From Candidatus Bathyarchaeota archaeon (GTDB taxonomy: Archaea > Thermoproteota > Bathyarchaeia > TCS64), in NCBI GenBank assembly GCA_963769425.1, contig CAVYLP010000004.1, positions 32,001 through 96,000 of the forward strand: DNA of 64,000 nt, read 5' to 3'. Under the pieces are notes generated by a model. The model was not told where the DNA came from. It saw nothing but the letters and a program-made list of their open reading frames with translations, and made no database searches. Every line of letters begins with the position of its first letter. Positions within the stretch are counted from its first letter, which is position 1. Both the position numbers and the translations under genes were made by a program. Positions 61,813-64,000 of this stretch are shown here, one piece after another.

Positions 61813-62559
61813 CTAAAGGTGCTCGGAGAGCCAGTCGAGCACGGCCTTGATTAGGGGTATCCTGTGCTCCGAGTAGCCGTGGTCGGCCCCGTCGATGAGG
61901 ACCCACTTCTTCGGCTCCTTTGCCGCCTCGTAGAGCTTCTTACACGCCTCTGGTGGAGTCACTGTATCATTCGAACCCACGACGATCATGATGGGCGCCT
62001 TGATCTTGGGGGCTAGTTCGATGGGGTTCGTGTTCTTCGCGACCCATTCGAGGTCCTTCATCAGGCTCTCGTAGGTGGCTCCCTTCAGTTTTCCCTCCGC
62101 CATTGCGGCGAGCCTCTTCGCGGTTCCATCCATCTTCTCTTTGGCGGCCATCGTCGCGGTGTCGCTCGCAGGTGACATCAATACCCCTGTCTTAATGGTC
62201 GGGTCGAGGCTCATCGTCTTCGAGAGAGGCAACGCCCCCATGCTGTGGCTGACGAGGCCTACGCGCTTGGGATCAACGTATGGGAGTGTGCGGAGGTACG
62301 CGACTGCGTCCTTCGCGCCTGTTTCTAGTTTGGTCAAACTGTACTTGCCTCCGCTCCCCCAGGCTCCTTGGTAGTAGAAGACAAGCGTCACGATGCCGTT
62401 GAGGGCTAGCTCCTCCGCGAGGTCCATGTTCTTCGTGTCCCCGGGGTAGCCGTGGCAGATCGCCACCGCCGGCTTCTTCGCCCGGCCCTCTGGTATGTAG
62501 ATCCTTCCGATGAGGGTGTTGCCACCGCTCGGGAATTCGACGTTCTCATATTTCGCCAT
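61813..62559 (-). CDS. Alpha/beta hydrolase (paralog 2)
   Basis: Same motifs (SHSMG, GSNDT, GADH); tandem duplicate. Confidence 0.92.
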   Translation of the reverse strand: MAKYENVEFPSGGNTLIGRIYIPEGRAKKPAVAICHGYPGDTKNMDLAEELALNGIVTLVFYYQGAWGSGGKYSLTKLETGAKDAVAYLRTLPYVDPKRVGLVSHSMGALPLSKTMSLDPTIKTGVLMSPASDTATMAAKEKMDGTAKRLAAMAEGKLKGATYESLMKDLEWVAKNTNPIELAPKIKAPIMIVVGSNDTVTPPEACKKLYEAAKEPKKWVLIDGADHGYSEHRIPLIKAVLDWLSEHL

Positions 62560-62646
62560 GGTTGTCACCTTCACTTTCCCCCACCTCCCCATAACACCTG
62601 CGCCTCGATACTCCTATAACCCGCCGAAGGTAGTGAAACCACCAGA

Positions 62647-63990
62647 TTGGGGAAGAGGATCGCTAAGAGCTTCAAGCCCAGCAACACTTGGGTCCGGGAA
62701 CTTGTTCAATCAGACCCGGAGATAGGCGCCTCCCTCGACTACACGAGCGATCAGCTGAGACTTCAGGCTCGGGATAACCTCTGCACCGTCTGCAAGGGCT
62801 CCAAGATGCTTTGCGGCAAGACAAGGTGCCCCATCATTGAGCAGGTCGCCGCGCACACACGCATGTTCCGAAGTGTGCACGGTACGAACATAGAGGGCAG
62901 CTCTCCCCCAAGCGTCTTCGTGGGGCGATTCGGGTACCCATACGTCCAGGTGGGCCCAATGGCCCCGGGTTTCTACGGTGATACCGCCATCCTCGATGAC
63001 ACGGAGAAGTGGTTCGGAAAGAGTATGGACGAGATAATTGGCTACCGTAGCCAGCTCGTCCGAGGCATGACCCCGGTAAACGTCAACAAGCCCGAGAAGG
63101 CGGGGAAGATACTTGAAGCCACCCGGGAGATCAGCCTCGCAGAACACTACGTCGAGACTGAGATGAAGCTCCTGAAGGCACCTGTCAAGCGTCTATACAT
63201 GGACAACGACCTACAACCCATTGGCCCCACGGCGCCCCTCGACAGGGTCAACATAGGCTTCATCAAGTGGAACCAGTGGATGGAGAAGGCCCACTACGAC
63301 ACCGACCTCAAGGCGGGGCAGGCCGCGAAGACCCTCTACAAGAGCGGCGTCCCAGTCAGCAGCATAGTCAAGGCGTTCAGCACCGGCAGCTTCGGCATCG
63401 AGAAGAACAGGCGCCTCGTCCCGACGCGCTGGAGCATCACCGCAGTGGACGACCTCCTCGGCAAGGACATGATAAAGACCGTCAAGGACTACCCCCTCAT
63501 CAATATGTACGAGGTCTACGAGTCAGAGTACCTCGGCAACAGATTCGAGATACTGCTCGTCCCCGACGCGTGGTGCTACGAGGCATACGAGGCGTGGTAC
63601 CCGCGTACCCTTTGGAACCCATCGGAGACGAATGTGAACATAGTCACGGACTGGGAGGACTACGACGGGCGCACGACCTACGCCTCCATGGGCGGCTGCT
63701 ACTACTCTGGGCGCCTCGCCGTTCTTGAGTACCTAACCAAGATACGCCGCCAAGCGAAGGTCTTCATCTTCCGCGAGGCCTATCCCGACTACATCCTCCC
63801 CGTCGGCGTCTGGCAGGTCCGGGAGAACTGCAGGAACGCTATGAAGCAGATTCCACGCCTCTTCACCACAAGGGATGAGGCCCTCAGACACGTCATGTCC
63901 CGACTCACCATCCCCCTTGATAGGTGGATAGAGGCCGGACCACTCCTAAGACAGACCCTAACACAGAGGAAGATAACGGAATACGCGTGA
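62647..63990 (+). CDS. nreA: Nre DNA repair protein
   Basis: C..CKG...LCG...CP, SPPSVFVGRFGYP, LVPTRWSITAVD, PVGVWQVRE, C-terminal PIP box QRKITEY. Confidence 0.95.
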   Translation: MGKRIAKSFKPSNTWVRELVQSDPEIGASLDYTSDQLRLQARDNLCTVCKGSKMLCGKTRCPIIEQVAAHTRMFRSVHGTNIEGSSPPSVFVGRFGYPYVQVGPMAPGFYGDTAILDDTEKWFGKSMDEIIGYRSQLVRGMTPVNVNKPEKAGKILEATREISLAEHYVETEMKLLKAPVKRLYMDNDLQPIGPTAPLDRVNIGFIKWNQWMEKAHYDTDLKAGQAAKTLYKSGVPVSSIVKAFSTGSFGIEKNRRLVPTRWSITAVDDLLGKDMIKTVKDYPLINMYEVYESEYLGNRFEILLVPDAWCYEAYEAWYPRTLWNPSETNVNIVTDWEDYDGRTTYASMGGCYYSGRLAVLEYLTKIRRQAKVFIFREAYPDYILPVGVWQVRENCRNAMKQIPRLFTTRDEALRHVMSRLTIPLDRWIEAGPLLRQTLTQRKITEYA

Positions 63991-64000
63991 CATATTCAAT

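Overview
GC-rich archaeal chromosomal window, most consistent with a TACK lineage such as Bathyarchaeia (inferred from TFB, rpS26e, Nre with a PIP box, an arcadin-1-like gene and an intron-containing tRNA). It is mostly housekeeping and metabolic genes: purSLQ/purE, purC-purF, prs, an atpI-atpK pair, iscS-iscU-tusA, trxB/trx, RNase Z, FprA, a metal-chelate ABC transporter and various hydrolases. About 13 genes carry single-base frameshifts, probably assembly errors. Highlights: (1) a translationally coupled operon encoding a short SMC with Smc5/6-type head motifs and no evident hinge or zinc hook, plus a kleisin-like and a KITE (Nse1/3-like) subunit (21723-25170); (2) a ~4.9-kb decayed integrative element bounded by 13-bp direct repeats, inserted in the first codons of an arcadin-1-like gene, whose AT-rich orphan cargo genes are separated by repeated GC-rich coding remnants (VTVADL), a cassette-like layout; (3) a family of dispersed non-coding repeats; (4) tRNA-Arg(TCT) with a non-canonical 29/30 intron; (5) an unannotated 45-aa Cys-rich microprotein coupled to iscU. 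All family assignments come from motif recognition by eye; no database searches were run.
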